A stretch of DNA of 64,000 nucleotides, from NCBI RefSeq assembly GCF_009914755.1, contig NC_060927.1; one strand, given 5' to 3'. Shown here piece by piece: positions 38,676-51,829 of the stretch. This stretch comes from the human T2T-CHM13v2.0 reference genome, Homo sapiens. The notes beneath the pieces were generated by a model, which ran no database searches, was not told where the DNA came from, and saw only the letters and a program-made list of their open reading frames with translations. How positions within the stretch are numbered: position 1 is the first letter of the stretch; the number at the start of each line of letters is the position of its first letter. The translations under genes were made by a program, and so were the position numbers.

Positions 38676-39146
38676 TGAGGAATCTATTCACCACTTTATT
38701 CCAAGAAGAAACTTTTACACTCCCAGATTTTGTATGCGAGAGTCCCATCAATTTGGCATTGACAAGCAATTGCTTAATCATTTAAAAGAGTCCTGAGTGA
38801 GGAGTTTTTCAATAGTTTGGGAGTCAATTTTATATTGGAATATCCAAGCAGATCTAACAGGGTGCTCCAACATTGCTATCTTCTTCAACAGTACGTAATT
38901 TTAAGTAAATATTTAGATATTATGTCAAAGGCATAAAACTGATAATTTGTGAAGCCTGATATTTGGTTTATCACCACTGAAATATTACCCATACCATTGG
39001 TATAAAGCAATCAAACACAGGTCTGATCTAGAATGTACTAGATAAATAACTGTAGTTAGAGATATCAGAGAGCCTGCTAATCAGACAGAGTGAGGCTAAG
39101 GATTATCAAGTATTTAGACTGACAAGTATACTTATGGTCAGAATTA

Positions 39147-39526
39147 CAGACATACCTCATTTTACTGTGATTCACTTTATTGCTTTGCAGATATTGTGTT
39201 TCTTTACAAATTGAATGTTTGTGGCAACCCTGTGACAAGCAAGTCTATCAGCATCATTTTTCAAACAGCAGGTGCCCATTTTGTGTCGTTGTGTCAGCAT
39301 TTTTTAGCAATAAAGTATTTGTTAATTAAGGTATGCACATGTTTTAGATATACTGCTATTTCACACTTAACAGACTACAGTGTAGTGTAACATAACTTTT
39401 ATATGCACTGGGAAACCAAAAAAATAATTGTATGACTTTCTTTATTGCAATATTCGCTTTATCGCAATATTTGCTTTACTGCAGTGGCCTGGAACTGAAA
39501 CCCACAAAATCTCCAAGGTAAGCTTT
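39147..39526 (+). mobile_element. Tigger1 internal-deletion derivative retaining both ends (~380 bp)
   Basis: Starts ta|cagacatacctcattttact and ends atctccaaggtaagcttt|ta; the 5' and 3' parts are fused at gtgtcagcattttttagcaataaag. Confidence 0.88.
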
Positions 39527-39665
39527 TAATCACATACAAAACAGAACACGTCCCCATCATATAAGCAATTCTTCATAGATGGTTTTAAAATAAAGTCCAA
39601 AGCAAGTCATTCAAGGTATAAATATAAAAGTATAGATGTCATTATACCACGAATATTAGCACTAA

Positions 39666-40187
39666 TGCGTCAGGAATTGCTGGGTTCTTGGTCTCGCTGA
39701 CTTCAAGAATGAAGCTGCAGACCCTGGCGGTGAGTGTTACAGTTCTTAAAGATGGTATGTCCGGAACTTGTTCCTTCTGATGTTCAGATGTGTCCAGAGT
39801 TTCTTCCTTCTGATGGGTTCATGGTCTCGCTGGCTTCAGGAGTGAAGCCGCAGACCTTCGCGATGAGTGTTACAGCTCATAAAGGTAGTGTGAACCCAAA
39901 GAGTGAGCAGCAGCAAGATTTATTGCAAAAAGTGAAAGAATAAAGCTTCCACAGTCTGGAAGAGGACCCAGGTTACTGCTGCTGGCTCGGGTGGTGTGCT
40001 TTTATTCCCTTGTTTGGCCCCGCCCACGTCCTGCTGATTTGTCCATTTTACAGAGTGCTGACTCGTGCATTTACAAACCTTTAGCTAGACACAGATTGCT
40101 GATTGGTGTGTTTACAATCCTTTAGCTAGACGGAAAAGTTATCAAAGTCACCGTGGGACCCAGAAGCCCAGCTGGCTTCACCTGTCA
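39666..40187 (-). mobile_element. LTR12 (ERV9) solo LTR, short LTR12F-like form, 522 bp
   Basis: tgcgtcaggaattgctgggttcttggtctcgctgacttcaagaatgaagc...cccagaagcccagctggcttcacctgtca; 4-bp TSD CTAA. Confidence 0.94.
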
Positions 40188-40234
40188 CTAACATATAAAA
40201 CACTAAAATTGTGACACAATTCTTATTTAACAAA

Positions 40235-40402
40235 GGAGGGGGGAGGGATAGAGCATTGGGAGATATACCTAATGCTAGATGACTAGTTAGTGGGTGCAGC
40301 TCACCAGCATGGCACATGTATACATATGTAACTAACCTGCACTTTGTGCACATGTACCCTAAAACTTAAAGTATAATAATAATAAAAAAAAAGAAAAAAA
40401 AA
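40235..40402 (+). mobile_element. Very short young L1 3' end (L1PA2-like), ~170 bp
   Basis: gcattgggagatatacctaatgctagatgactagttagtgggtgcagc...aaaacttaaagtataataat followed by poly(A). Confidence 0.93.
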
Positions 40403-40497
40403 TATGCATGCCCTTGGATTCTGAGAAGCACTACTGTAGTTCCACTAATATCCATTAGAGACTTCAGAGGGACTCAGCTACAAGACCCCTTATCATA

Positions 40498-40499
<2 letters not shown>

Positions 40500-40537
<38 letters not shown>
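40500..40537. repeat. Perfect (GT)19 microsatellite
   Basis: Directly visible. Confidence 0.97.
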
Positions 40538-40539
<2 letters not shown>

Positions 40540-41939
40540 ATGATACAGAGGGACTAGGAAAATCTGAAAGAGTTAGAAGTATATTGTTACATAAAACTTA
40601 AGAATTTTCAGATAGGTAGCTAGAATATTCTTTTTATATGCCAAAATATGGACATCTAGAATAAATGATGTTCCTAAAAGGAAACAGGCCAGAAAGAAAG
40701 CTGAAGTGTGGGAAGAATGGGATCTATCCAAGAAGCAGAGATAAATAATATCAACCCCTTAATCATATGACTCACATCATCATAAAATATAAATGGACGT
40801 TATAATGGTTAGTTGTCTGTTCTTTGACATTAGAAAGGCATAGCCAAGAAGGAGAGACCTGAGAAAGTAATTATAAATCAGGGATAAAATTCTGATTCGT
40901 TTTTCTAAGAAATAAAGCATATAATTAATTGGTCATTTCTCTCCATAAATACAGTGAAGTAAGACACCTTAGCTAGCATTTTTATGGAATAATCTGGAAA
41001 AAAAATCCACAATGAGCCCTCAATTTGTAGATAGTAATAGTCAAAATTCAAAGACATAAATTGTAAGAAAAAATGTAGCTCTGAGAATGAGCAGAATAAG
41101 CAAAGCTTTAGGATAACTTTGGATACAGGAAAATTATCTAAGGTAATATAGTAATGTGATATAATCCATTATATGAGAGAAACTTTTACCAAGAGTTTCA
41201 AAATAGGTGGAAAATGTAGGTATGGAAATATTTTTAATATTTCAGAAAACTTAATGGAAAGCAAAATATTATCTTCAACAAGACTACACATTCAAAACCA
41301 TGGTCTTTTTCTTATTCATTTTTGACATGAAGTGATGGAATCATGTGTAATAAAGTGGCAGCATGTTTATTTGATAGGAATTGAAGTTCTGGAATATATA
41401 AGATAAGCCTTATATATTTATGTATTAGTACTACATGCTAATAGTATTAATATGTACCACTACCAATACAAGACAGATTTTATTAGACTTTAATTACATG
41501 TTCTTGATATTGGTGACTAAGCATGAGTTATAGACATATAAGATTGAATTCACACATTATTGCATTTGGAAATGCAATAATTTTGTAGTAAATAATGCCT
41601 TTTAAATATTGACATCTTTTAGATAATTTTTTGGTGTTAAAAATGTTCTATTATACATAAATGTTTTGAATTCCTGGTCTAAATAATTACATGTAGAATT
41701 TATCAGATTTGTTTTTAAAGATGTCTTTTGGAATTGAAAGTACAGCTATATGAGGGAAACCACTGGAAATAAAATTTAAAATACATTGAATGCAGGATTA
41801 TGGAATGGGGAATACATCAGGACAGGATATTTCAAGATAACAACTCTTCTGTTATCTATGTCTTAAATCTCAACTCTCTGCCACATCCTCACTTATAGGT
41901 TAATATTTTTTTTTAATTACACAACTGGTTTATTTCTGT

Positions 41940-42246
41940 TTTTCTTTGTTTCTCTCTCTTTCCTTTCATTCCTTCCCTCCGTCCGCTTCTCTCTCTCTCT
42001 CTTTTTCTTTTTCTTTCTATTTTTCTTTTTTGAGACACACTCTGTTGCCCTTGCTGGAGTGCCAGTGTCATGGACTGGGCTCACTGCAGCCTCCACCTCC
42101 CATGCCCACCTAATTTTTGTATTTTTAGTAGAGTTGGAGTTTCACCATGCTGCCCAGGCTCATCTAGAACTCTGGAGCTCAAGCAATCTGCCTGCATCAG
42201 CCTCCCAAAGTGCTGGGATTACAGGCAGGAGCCACCGTGCCCAGCC
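41940..42246 (-). mobile_element. AluJ with an internal deletion and a CT-rich expanded tail
   Basis: tgagac...gctcactgcagcctccacctccc|atgcccacctaatttttgtattttt...gagccaccgtgcccagcc. Confidence 0.9.
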
Positions 42247-43085
42247 TCATCTGATATTTTTGATAATGCCCTTCACTACCCAAATCCTCCATCAACTCTA
42301 TCAGCTGATGATTTCACCTTATATTTTATTGGAAACAAAAAAAAAAAAAGAAGGAATTCAGGAAAATTCTTATCTTCTCAGAATCAAACCTGTTAACCTA
42401 CATCTCTACCCAACATTTTTTCTTTTACTCCTTGCCCCTACTCCAAGTTTTGATTTACTTGACTTCTGGATTTCACCTTCTCTAGAACACTGAATTGCAT
42501 TGCAATCACATGATTGCAGTCATGATACGGCAATAGCATTGTTTCTGTTCTATTAATATATCATCATTTTTCTTAGTCACTTCCATAAGCATACAGTATA
42601 TTGTAATTTTCATCTTGCCTATTTTTAAGCAAACTAACTAGCTAAAAAGATCTCCTTCGACCAACCACGTTTTCTCCTCAACTTACTTTTGTAATTCTTT
42701 TATAATCTTACCATAAAATAGCCAAAAAAGGAAACAAGTTTTGTACAGTTAATTTTGTGGGTTTCTTGACTTATATTCTCTCATTGTCCCCACTTCATCT
42801 TCAATCTATGACACTGCTCTTGTCCAATCATCAATGGCACTCATATTGTACTATCCAAAATTCACTTTTCTGTTTTTACCTAATCCTACCTCTAAGCGGC
42901 ATTTGCATAGTTGAGCACTCCTCATTTTCTTGAAGCATTTTGGGTTGTTCTTTCTGTAACAGCATACTCCCATAATTTTCTTCCTAACTCATAGTTCTCT
43001 TTCTCTTTCTCCATTATTTTACCTTTTGGTGTATGACTGAATTTTAAATAATGACATGTCTCAAGAAGACCCTGTCTTAGAATTC

Positions 43086-43368
43086 TTTTTTTTTTTTTTT
43101 TTTTTTTTTTTGGAGAAGGAGAAGGAGAAGGAGTCGCACTCACTGTTTTTCCCAGGGTGTGGATGGAGGGCAGTGCCGCCATCTCTGCTCACTGCAACCT
43201 CTGCCTTCAGGGTTAAAACAATGCTCCTGCCTCAGCCTCCCAAGTAGCTGAGATTACAGGTGGGCGTGCCACCATGCCCGCTGGTATCAAACTCCTGACC
43301 TCAAGTTATCTGGCTGCCTTGGCCTCCCAAAGTGCTGGGATTACAGGAATGAGCCACCATGTCTGGCC
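43086..43368 (-). mobile_element. AluS-like element with T26 tail, (GGAGAA)3 expansion and a deleted central linker
   Basis: gctcactgcaacctctgcc...accatgcccg|ctggtatcaaactcctgacctc; degenerate TSD agaattctttt/ggagtttctttt. Confidence 0.9.
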
Positions 43369-43786
43369 TGGAGTTTCTTTTTATCTCTGTATCACATATT
43401 CAAAAACAGAAAGAAGGCCAGTGAATTAGCATAACACATTAATAAAAGTTTGAAATGATCTCTTTATCTACACAGAAGTTAAAATGATTTATTACTCAAA
43501 ATACTCGAATATATTTACAGTTAACTGGACCTAAAATAAAAACTCCTTATAAACTCTTTATAAGGTTTATAAATCCCTGCCTATGTGATCATGCCATATC
43601 TGTGTCTTAAACTTCACATGAAGGTATTTGTGTTTTGTTTTTGTGTGGTATGGCTATTCCTCAGATTTTCAAGAGGTTGGGTTCTTGTTGACATTCAAAT
43701 CTTAGCTCAGTCTTTCTTTAGGAGCAATTATAATAGACTGCTCAGTCAAGATATCCAACAGTCTACTCATCATTTTTGCTCTTTAC

Positions 43787-44248
43787 TAGAGGCTTCTCAG
43801 CTTGCAATGGGGTTACATGTAAATTAACCAATCATAAGTTGACCATATCAAAATATCCTATATCAAAAATGCATTTAATTCAAGTAACCTACAAACATCA
43901 TACCTTAGCCTAGACTATCTCAAATACATTCAGAACAGTTATATTAGCCTACAGTTGGGCAAAGTTATCTAACACAAAGCCTATTTTATAATAAAGTATT
44001 GAGTATCCCATGTAATTTATTGAATGCAGTACATTGCAGATTTTCAGTTGTTTACCTTCACAATTGTGTGGCTGACTGGGAGTTGCAGCCCGCTGTCACC
44101 ACCCAGCATTGCAATAGAGTATTTCATATCACTAGGCCAGGAGAAGATCAAAATTCAAAATTCAAAGCACTGTTTGTACTGAATGCAGATCCTTTTAGCA
44201 CCATTTACAGTAAATAAATAAATAAATAAATAAGTTGGGGACCATCTG
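43787..44248 (+). mobile_element. Tigger5b/MER47-family DNA transposon
   Basis: atggggttaca...attagcctacagttgggcaaa...gtggctgactgggagttgc...aagttggggaccatctg|ta. Confidence 0.88.
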
Positions 44249-44826
44249 TATAGCCAACTCTTCTCCTTTTTATACAGCTATCTCTATCAAAGTGTTCTTG
44301 ATTAACTACTTACCTACTTTTGCCTTCTTCAAGAATTTAGACTTATCTGACTGTATTGCCAATGCTTAGGACAATGTCTGATAACGTACCTGGCACATAG
44401 CAAGTAATTGATATATATTTGTTGAATAAATGATAATAGCTTCAAAATTCTAAAATATTTAAACCTGTTGAAAATAATATTAAATTTTAAGAAAATGAGT
44501 AAATTTTTAGTCTAAGAATATAAAGGCTAACATTGAATATATACTTTAAACAGTTAAGGGCATGATTATCAAGAATACTCTCTTCTTCACTAGTAATTGA
44601 AATAGTAATAATTTAAGAGATTTATTCTATAAATTATACTTAAATTTCATTTACCTAAAGGTATATTTAAGGTGTGGCATTGAGAACCACATACATATTG
44701 CATTGTGGGTTAGGAAACTGACTTGTGACAAGAAAGATAATTTACACATAGTTGAGATAAAAATTAGAATGGTAAACATATTGCAAAGGGGCTTGAAAGC
44801 AAATTTTATATAAAATAGTCAATCAT

Positions 44827-45136
<310 letters not shown>

Positions 45137-45179
45137 TCATTGGAGAGAGGTTTTCAGCTATAGACCAACATAATAAAAA

Positions 45180-45590
45180 TACTGAGAAATACACATCAAG
45201 CCTAAGTTGAGGAATGAATTGGAAGGAAATATGAAGAAAGTCTCTGCACAGTAAGTATATGAAAGAGCGTCTGGCCAATAATCCTGAAGAACTTAACTGA
45301 GATTGGACAGTTATGTAAGATACGGAAAAAGAGGCAAAAATTTAAAATGGGTATACCTTTTTCAGACTTACTGATAAATTACATGTGGATGAGAATGGAC
45401 ACAAGAAGAGTAAATGGTTTTGAATTTTGAGTTTAGGCAACCAGAGAAGAATCATACCAGTGACAGAAAAAGGAAAAGTAAGAAGGGCAATATCTAGATC
45501 AGAACTTCTTACGGGAAATAGGGCAGATTCAATTTTAAATGTCAATGTTAAGGTTTAACAGCATGTTAAAATTAAACTAACATCCTGACT
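45180..45590 (-). mobile_element. L2 relic
   Basis: cagacttactgataaattacatgtgg...ttttgagtttaggcaaccaga. Confidence 0.5.
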
Positions 45591-46311
45591 GAGAAAAAAA
45601 TATAAACAGAAACTAGTAATGATGTATATGAGGGAAGATAAAACCTGTCTTCCTGTCCATAAACCTCCAGGCAAATCAAACTGTCTGGCTGTCCATTACC
45701 ATTATCTTCCTTTTAAGCCACATTTTTATTTCATTACAGGATATCAGATATGTGCTAAGTACTCTTCGGCACTCTTAAAAATGTATTTAACTTACTAAGG
45801 ACACCATTTTGCTAGTAATTTTATTATGTACGTGAGCTACAGTACAGTAATGAGGTAGTTGCTGTGTCCAGTCACTGCCTCCTTTCTCATCATAAGCAAA
45901 GTTGTAGGCTTCAGGACTATTCCTCTTCAAACAGCTTGGCTTTCCTTTAAAACACCATTTTATTTTATCAGAATTCAGAAATCACCGTGCTTCTCCCTTA
46001 TTTCTTGCTGCCAAATTCTGAAGCATCCCCTAAATCAGTGTTTTCATGAGTATTGATAAAAAAAATCACCGTTTAACAAAAGGAAGATGATTTTGTCTAG
46101 ATATTTCTGTTTTAAGTGTTTAGATTTTGACTCATAAATTTAGGATTTTGAATGTTTTAATCTTTGAGATTTTGATTCATTCAGATGCTCACACATACAC
46201 CCATATACAGCATAACACAGATAAATATTTTATCAAAGAACTACAAAGTGATTGACTTTAGAAAAGAACAAAAAATCTAAAGCAATGGAACACTATACAG
46301 TATACATGAAA

Positions 46312-46627
46312 CAGTAAACAGCTCTCCATATTTGCAGGTTCTGAGTGGTGGATCCAATCACAATAGAAATAAATAAAAATTAAAATGAAAAATAAAACAA
46401 TAAAGTATAACGCAAGTTTTAAAGCAACATACTATAACAACTATTTATATATCATATACATTGTATTAGGTATTATAAGAAATATAGAGATGAATTAAAG
46501 TATATGAAAAATATAAGTTATATGCAAATACTATATTACTTTATGTAAGGGAGTAGAGCATCCACAAATTTTAGTATTTCTATGGGGGTCTTGGAACTAA
46601 TCCCTCTGTGATACCAAGGGATGACTA
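46312..46627 (+). mobile_element. Tigger3a (MER7A)-like MITE
   Basis: tataacaactatttatat...cattgtattaggtattataag...ttatatgcaaatacta...gataccaagggatgact. Confidence 0.82.
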
Positions 46628-48277
46628 TGTTTACTCTGAGATTTTGTTGGAAATTCAGTACATAAAGCAAAAATTGCACTTAGTTTAAATGATACTCAAA
46701 AATCTCTCAGAGTCCATGTTTCTTACCAACACAATTTTTTATTTAGTGTATCTAATCATTATTTCTTTATTTGGCAATCCAATGTTTTTGTTGCTTTATA
46801 TTTAGATATTTATCTGAAATCCATTTTTAATTATTCAACATTTTATGCATAATAAACACAAACTTTTTATAACCAAGATAAAAAACGCCAGTCTGCACAG
46901 ATGGTTTCTCTCCATGATCTGTACTGTATTCTGTGATTCATGGGTTACATGCCCCAGAGAAAAGTGCTTTTTATAAACACTGGATTAACACCATAATTGC
47001 ACTTAGTTTGGAGAAATGCTGATGTCATGGAGGTAAAAGATAGCTATGACAACTGATAAAATAGGAGATCCAGAGATTCCATCTCACATACTGGGGGATA
47101 AGCTTATTTAATAAAGGGTCAGGTAAAGTCAATGGCATTGCATACATTATTCTCTTTTCCTCTTTCTCTTCGTCAAGGGTATCAGGTTAAATTTACATTA
47201 TTTACCTCCTTGTAATTTTGGTTTCCCATTTTCCCAAATCAAGCTATTGTATATTATGACAATATATTTCAATCTATTCTTAAAAGACCAATAACATATT
47301 AGAGGATGGAATTTGGGAAAAGTAGAAGATATTATTTAGATAACTAGAGAAACTTTAGAACCAGAGAGCGATATGGAACTGTTGAGTCAGGCAAGCTATA
47401 AAATTCCCCAGATTCAAGAGATGTTGTGGGTGTTTATGGAAATCATTTCCTGTAGTGCATGAGAAACAATGCATAGAAAGACAGACACATTCAGTCCATG
47501 TTCTAATGAAAGGAGGGTCACTATATCACTCCTCACTTCCTTTCCCTTTCATGTTATGCTTTGTACACTCATTCACTATTGATTTATTGATCCGATTATG
47601 CTCCTTACACTGATGCTTGCAACATGAATATGTTTGTATCCTGACCTTGAGTAGTTTTCAGTCTACTCAGGGAATATGGAATGTAAACTAATAACTGCAC
47701 TTAAATATGAAAAGTTTAAATGGCTTTGGAAACAGGGGGTTTGGGTGATATTTGTCCAACTGAAGTGCCTCTAGTTGTGAGAATTGGCACTTGAAAATCC
47801 AGGAGAGAGAATGAGTAATTTACTATTAAGGGCTGACTAAAATTGGTGATTTGAAGAATTATTCTAAGAATTTTATACCAAATATTTCCCCTGGTATTAG
47901 GTTCCCCTAGAAAGAACTATTTTTGTTTAATAAAAGAGAGTATCTGTGTATAAAAAGATAGATCTTGGATCAGGGACTGGGAACTCATAGGAGAGGTCAA
48001 AACTGAAAGAGAGGTGGGTTCTTCTCTAAACAAATAAAATAAATGTTAGAAAAATTATTTCTTTTTTCTCTCTCTCTCTTTTATATTTGAAATGTCAAAG
48101 AGATAAAAGGTAAAGAGACAGACTGATAAAGAAATATGAAGACACTGATGCCCAAATTTTGTCATTTCAGAAGTTTGGATGTGAAATATTCAATTTTAAG
48201 TTATTTGTGTTGCTGCAAGCCATAGGTTGCAAAATGGACTGACAACGATCTGCTTGCACAAATGCCGTAAGCAAATA

Positions 48278-48642
48278 CAGTTGGCCCTTGGTATATATGC
48301 GGGCTGAGTCTGAGATCCCCCTAACTACTGGAGATACCAAAGTCCATAAATGCTTGACTTATTTATATTAAATATTTTGGTGTTTGCATGCAGCCTATGA
48401 ACATCAATCCATAACTTTAAATCATCTCTAGATTATTTATATTTTCTAAAGCAATATAAATGCTATATAGTTGTTATGCTGTATTATTTAGAGAACAACA
48501 ACCCACCCCCCCTCAAAAAAAAAAAAAAAGTTTGTAGATGTTCGGTAAAGACAGAACCATCCGTTTTTTTTCCCCAAATATTTATGATATGCGGTTTGTT
48601 GAATCTAAAGATGCAGAACTCACAGATATGGAGAGACAACTA
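48278..48642 (+). mobile_element. MER2 MITE (Tigger family)
   Basis: ta|cagttggcccttggtat...ctttaaatcatctctagatta...gttgaatctaaagatgcagaactcacagatatggag. Confidence 0.85.
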
Positions 48643-51600
48643 CTTTGTTTTGTGTAAGAAAGAAGAAGGTCCTGGGATAGAAGCAGAAGCAGCAGTTTCA
48701 AGATGAGATTTCCATACATTTGTCTAAAACCAATGGAAGCAGGATATCAGACCCAATGGTGACACAAGAACACAAATCTTCTGAAAATTTACACTGTATT
48801 TGTTACAGGATATTGTATTGGGTATGAGCTTATCTTCTCTAGATATTAAAGTATGGAGTGACTCCAACTTGTATCTACATTGTTACTGTTGACCATTAAA
48901 AATATAATTTAGGTCACACCTCTATAGCTCCTGAAATTAAAATGTTAATACAAGCAGTTACTTAGTACTTGTCTTGATGTTATTATGCCCCAGCTATACT
49001 TTTTTGTATTTCATTTCTAAACCTTCCAAGTAGTAGAGCACAAAGATTGCATCTATCTAATCTCTGCCTACATTGCCCTTAATTTTTTCTCTCACACCAT
49101 GTTATCTACTCTCACAAAAGTAAACAATGTTATCGTAATTACCAAATATAACAATCTCTATTAGACCTCAATTTCTACAGCTTTGACACCCTTCTAGATA
49201 AAGGAAAAGACAGAAAGTTTAGCCTTCAGGGACCACCATAATCTGTCCTCAAATTATTTTACCTCTGATCAGTCTCCTACATGAACTATTAATATCTGTT
49301 CCAAACATATTTTATGCTCACTATTGGCCAAAACACATTGTTTATGGTTTTTTTTTTGTTTTTTTTTTTTTTGTGTTTTTGCTGTCCACTCATTGTTTTA
49401 TTCCATTGCCTTTCTTTACCATTGTCCCTATCAAATACATTCTCTTTACTCCAAACATCCAAATATTCTCTGATCTTTCAAATATATCTACAAAACATTT
49501 TATAAAATATGTCATTGTCATCTCTGAAGCTAGAGCACTTAAGATTCTGACTACTTGGATTCTTCATCATATCCATCCAATAAAATTATATTGATTAATA
49601 AATATAAGTTGATTTTATAAATATTTTGGATAACTTCAATGTGAGTGAGTTTGAAGGAGTTTAGAAGAATGCTTTTTTTTCTTTTATTCCCAGAAACCAC
49701 TACCAAATACTTTTCTAAAACACTAATCCAAACCTAGAAGAAAATCTAAAACTTAAATCAATTAATTCAAATTTTCCTCAAATTATGAAAGATTCAAAAC
49801 AAGGATAAATATCCTCAATGTTTATAAACACAAAAAATTCAAAAAAATGAACTCAGTATATGATGAAGAACATAAAGCATTTAATTTTTTACTTTATAAA
49901 CAATTGCGTCACTAAAAAAAAAAAAAGAGAATTTATTGTGAAAATATGTTTCTGCAATGTTAAGTGGTTTTTATGTTTACAAAATCATCAAAGCCTAATT
50001 TTCTTTATGGAGAATATGTCACCCTTTCATATCATCAGCCAACCACTTTTACAATTCCTATTGCTTTGATGTTGTCACAGCATTTTGATATATAAGAAGA
50101 TTTCTAACTTGACAGAAAATTCCTAACAAATTGCTAAATGTTAAATGGAAAAAAAAATCAGTATTTGACAGATGAGTATATAAAAAGCACTCTCCTGGCA
50201 TGCCTCACCTTATAGCATTTGAAAAAATGACTAATTGGGCTATAAATTAAATCATCAGTAAAATTATATGAAATGGAAATTCTAAGAAGCAAGCTTCATA
50301 TAATCATTCTGTCACATCTGAAATCATATTGAAATCATTGCAAATAAAATCTGATCTTTCACAAACCTTCATTACTGATTTTCTCATTTAATATCATTTA
50401 ATTCTCATCTGTGATAATCATTATGGTTTTCTCTGATTAAATGTCAAATCTATAGACAAATATAAATACCTTAAAATGTTGTCCTTTAAAAAGTGACAAT
50501 TATCTCAGTGTTGATTCTTTATATACGTAGTCCAAAGAAAATATAAATACTAACTCACATATCGACAAAGTTTCTATGTAACAAAGAAATAACAATTATA
50601 CCTATTAATATTATTGTTTTCAATTTTACTTTGTTCAAGTAGCATTTTGTAAAACATTTTCTTCCTTAAATAATTCTGTCTTTACCAAGCTCATGCAATC
50701 TTTCCAATCTGTCATTAGTTATGGCTGATTTGAACACAGATAGTGAAATAATAAATGTGTTATATGCTTTCCTTTAGAATGATGATAGAAATGATCATGA
50801 CAATAAAACCAACAGCCTAAAATGTTAAATATGCATTGTTATGTTGTGTGCTATAATCCAAGTTTATCTGGCTTTCAATTATTTTATCCTAGTTATATTT
50901 TTCCAGGTTAGTATTTATATGCATCAATAATTAAAACTGATTATTAACATATTCATAAATTTTAAGAGATATCTGGTTACTCTGCTTTAAGCTGGTGACA
51001 TATTCTTGTAAATTCTACAATTTATGCTTCAAGTCTGAGTTTTTATTATATCTTCATATATTTAGTATTTTAAAATTTGGAGTATAAAAAATGTGTTTCA
51101 GGAACAACCTGGACAAAAATGATTTTACCTTTAGGATCACATTTTTTAAAGGAAATTTAAAAGCCGTTTTTATTGCTGTTAATTATTTGGCTTATGCAAT
51201 TACAAAATTTGCTTTTTACCAGATGTTACTAAATAGAGATCCATTCGAAGAATAGATGGGGAGAATGTCATTTGTTTGTTTATTTATTTATTTGTGACAA
51301 CCGCACAAAAGGCCAGTGTTGGTTTTCTGTTCTTTCAATGGTTTGTGACCTTGGGCAAGCCACAGAAAGATTCAGCAGCTTGCCCCGTAATTAAAGGATA
51401 CTAGGGCCTTCACTTCGCATCTTACTTATGACAATACTGAATGGAGTGATACAAAGCTATGAAAGTAGGGCAGTCACTCACTGAGAGCATGTCACCAGTC
51501 TTTACACATCTTTTTTTGGTGCTCTTCTTGAAAGAGAATATCTCTTGTGATACAAAAATCGAGGTGTCCTGTTTATTCTTGTTCCTGTTATTGTTATCTT

Positions 51601-51829
51601 GTCAGTCTCTCTGGAACTTGCATTGATTCTCTCTTGTCTATAGCAAAAACATTAAAATTCCAAGTAATGGTCTTCTAAATGATTAATAAAATGTCTTCCT
51701 CATTTCATAGCTATTTACCTGTACTCTCAATTTACAATCAAATTCTTGAGATAAAGTAGTTCATCTTGGGAAAGACCCCTTCCTTTATATTCATTAAATT
51801 TTTATTTCTAGACAATCCATCCAAGATTC

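Larger units (their letters stand above)
42280..44435 (+). mobile_element. Fragmented L2 (RT region to 3' end) hosting an Alu and a Tigger5-type element
   Basis: gacactgctcttgtccaa...gcggcatttgcatagttgagcactcc; 3' end cctggcacatagcaagtaattgatatatatttgttgaataaatga. Confidence 0.7.

Noticed and set aside
43545-43565. Hairpin ccttataaa-ctc-tttataagg
   Set aside because: A 9-bp AT-rich stem is expected by chance at this base composition.
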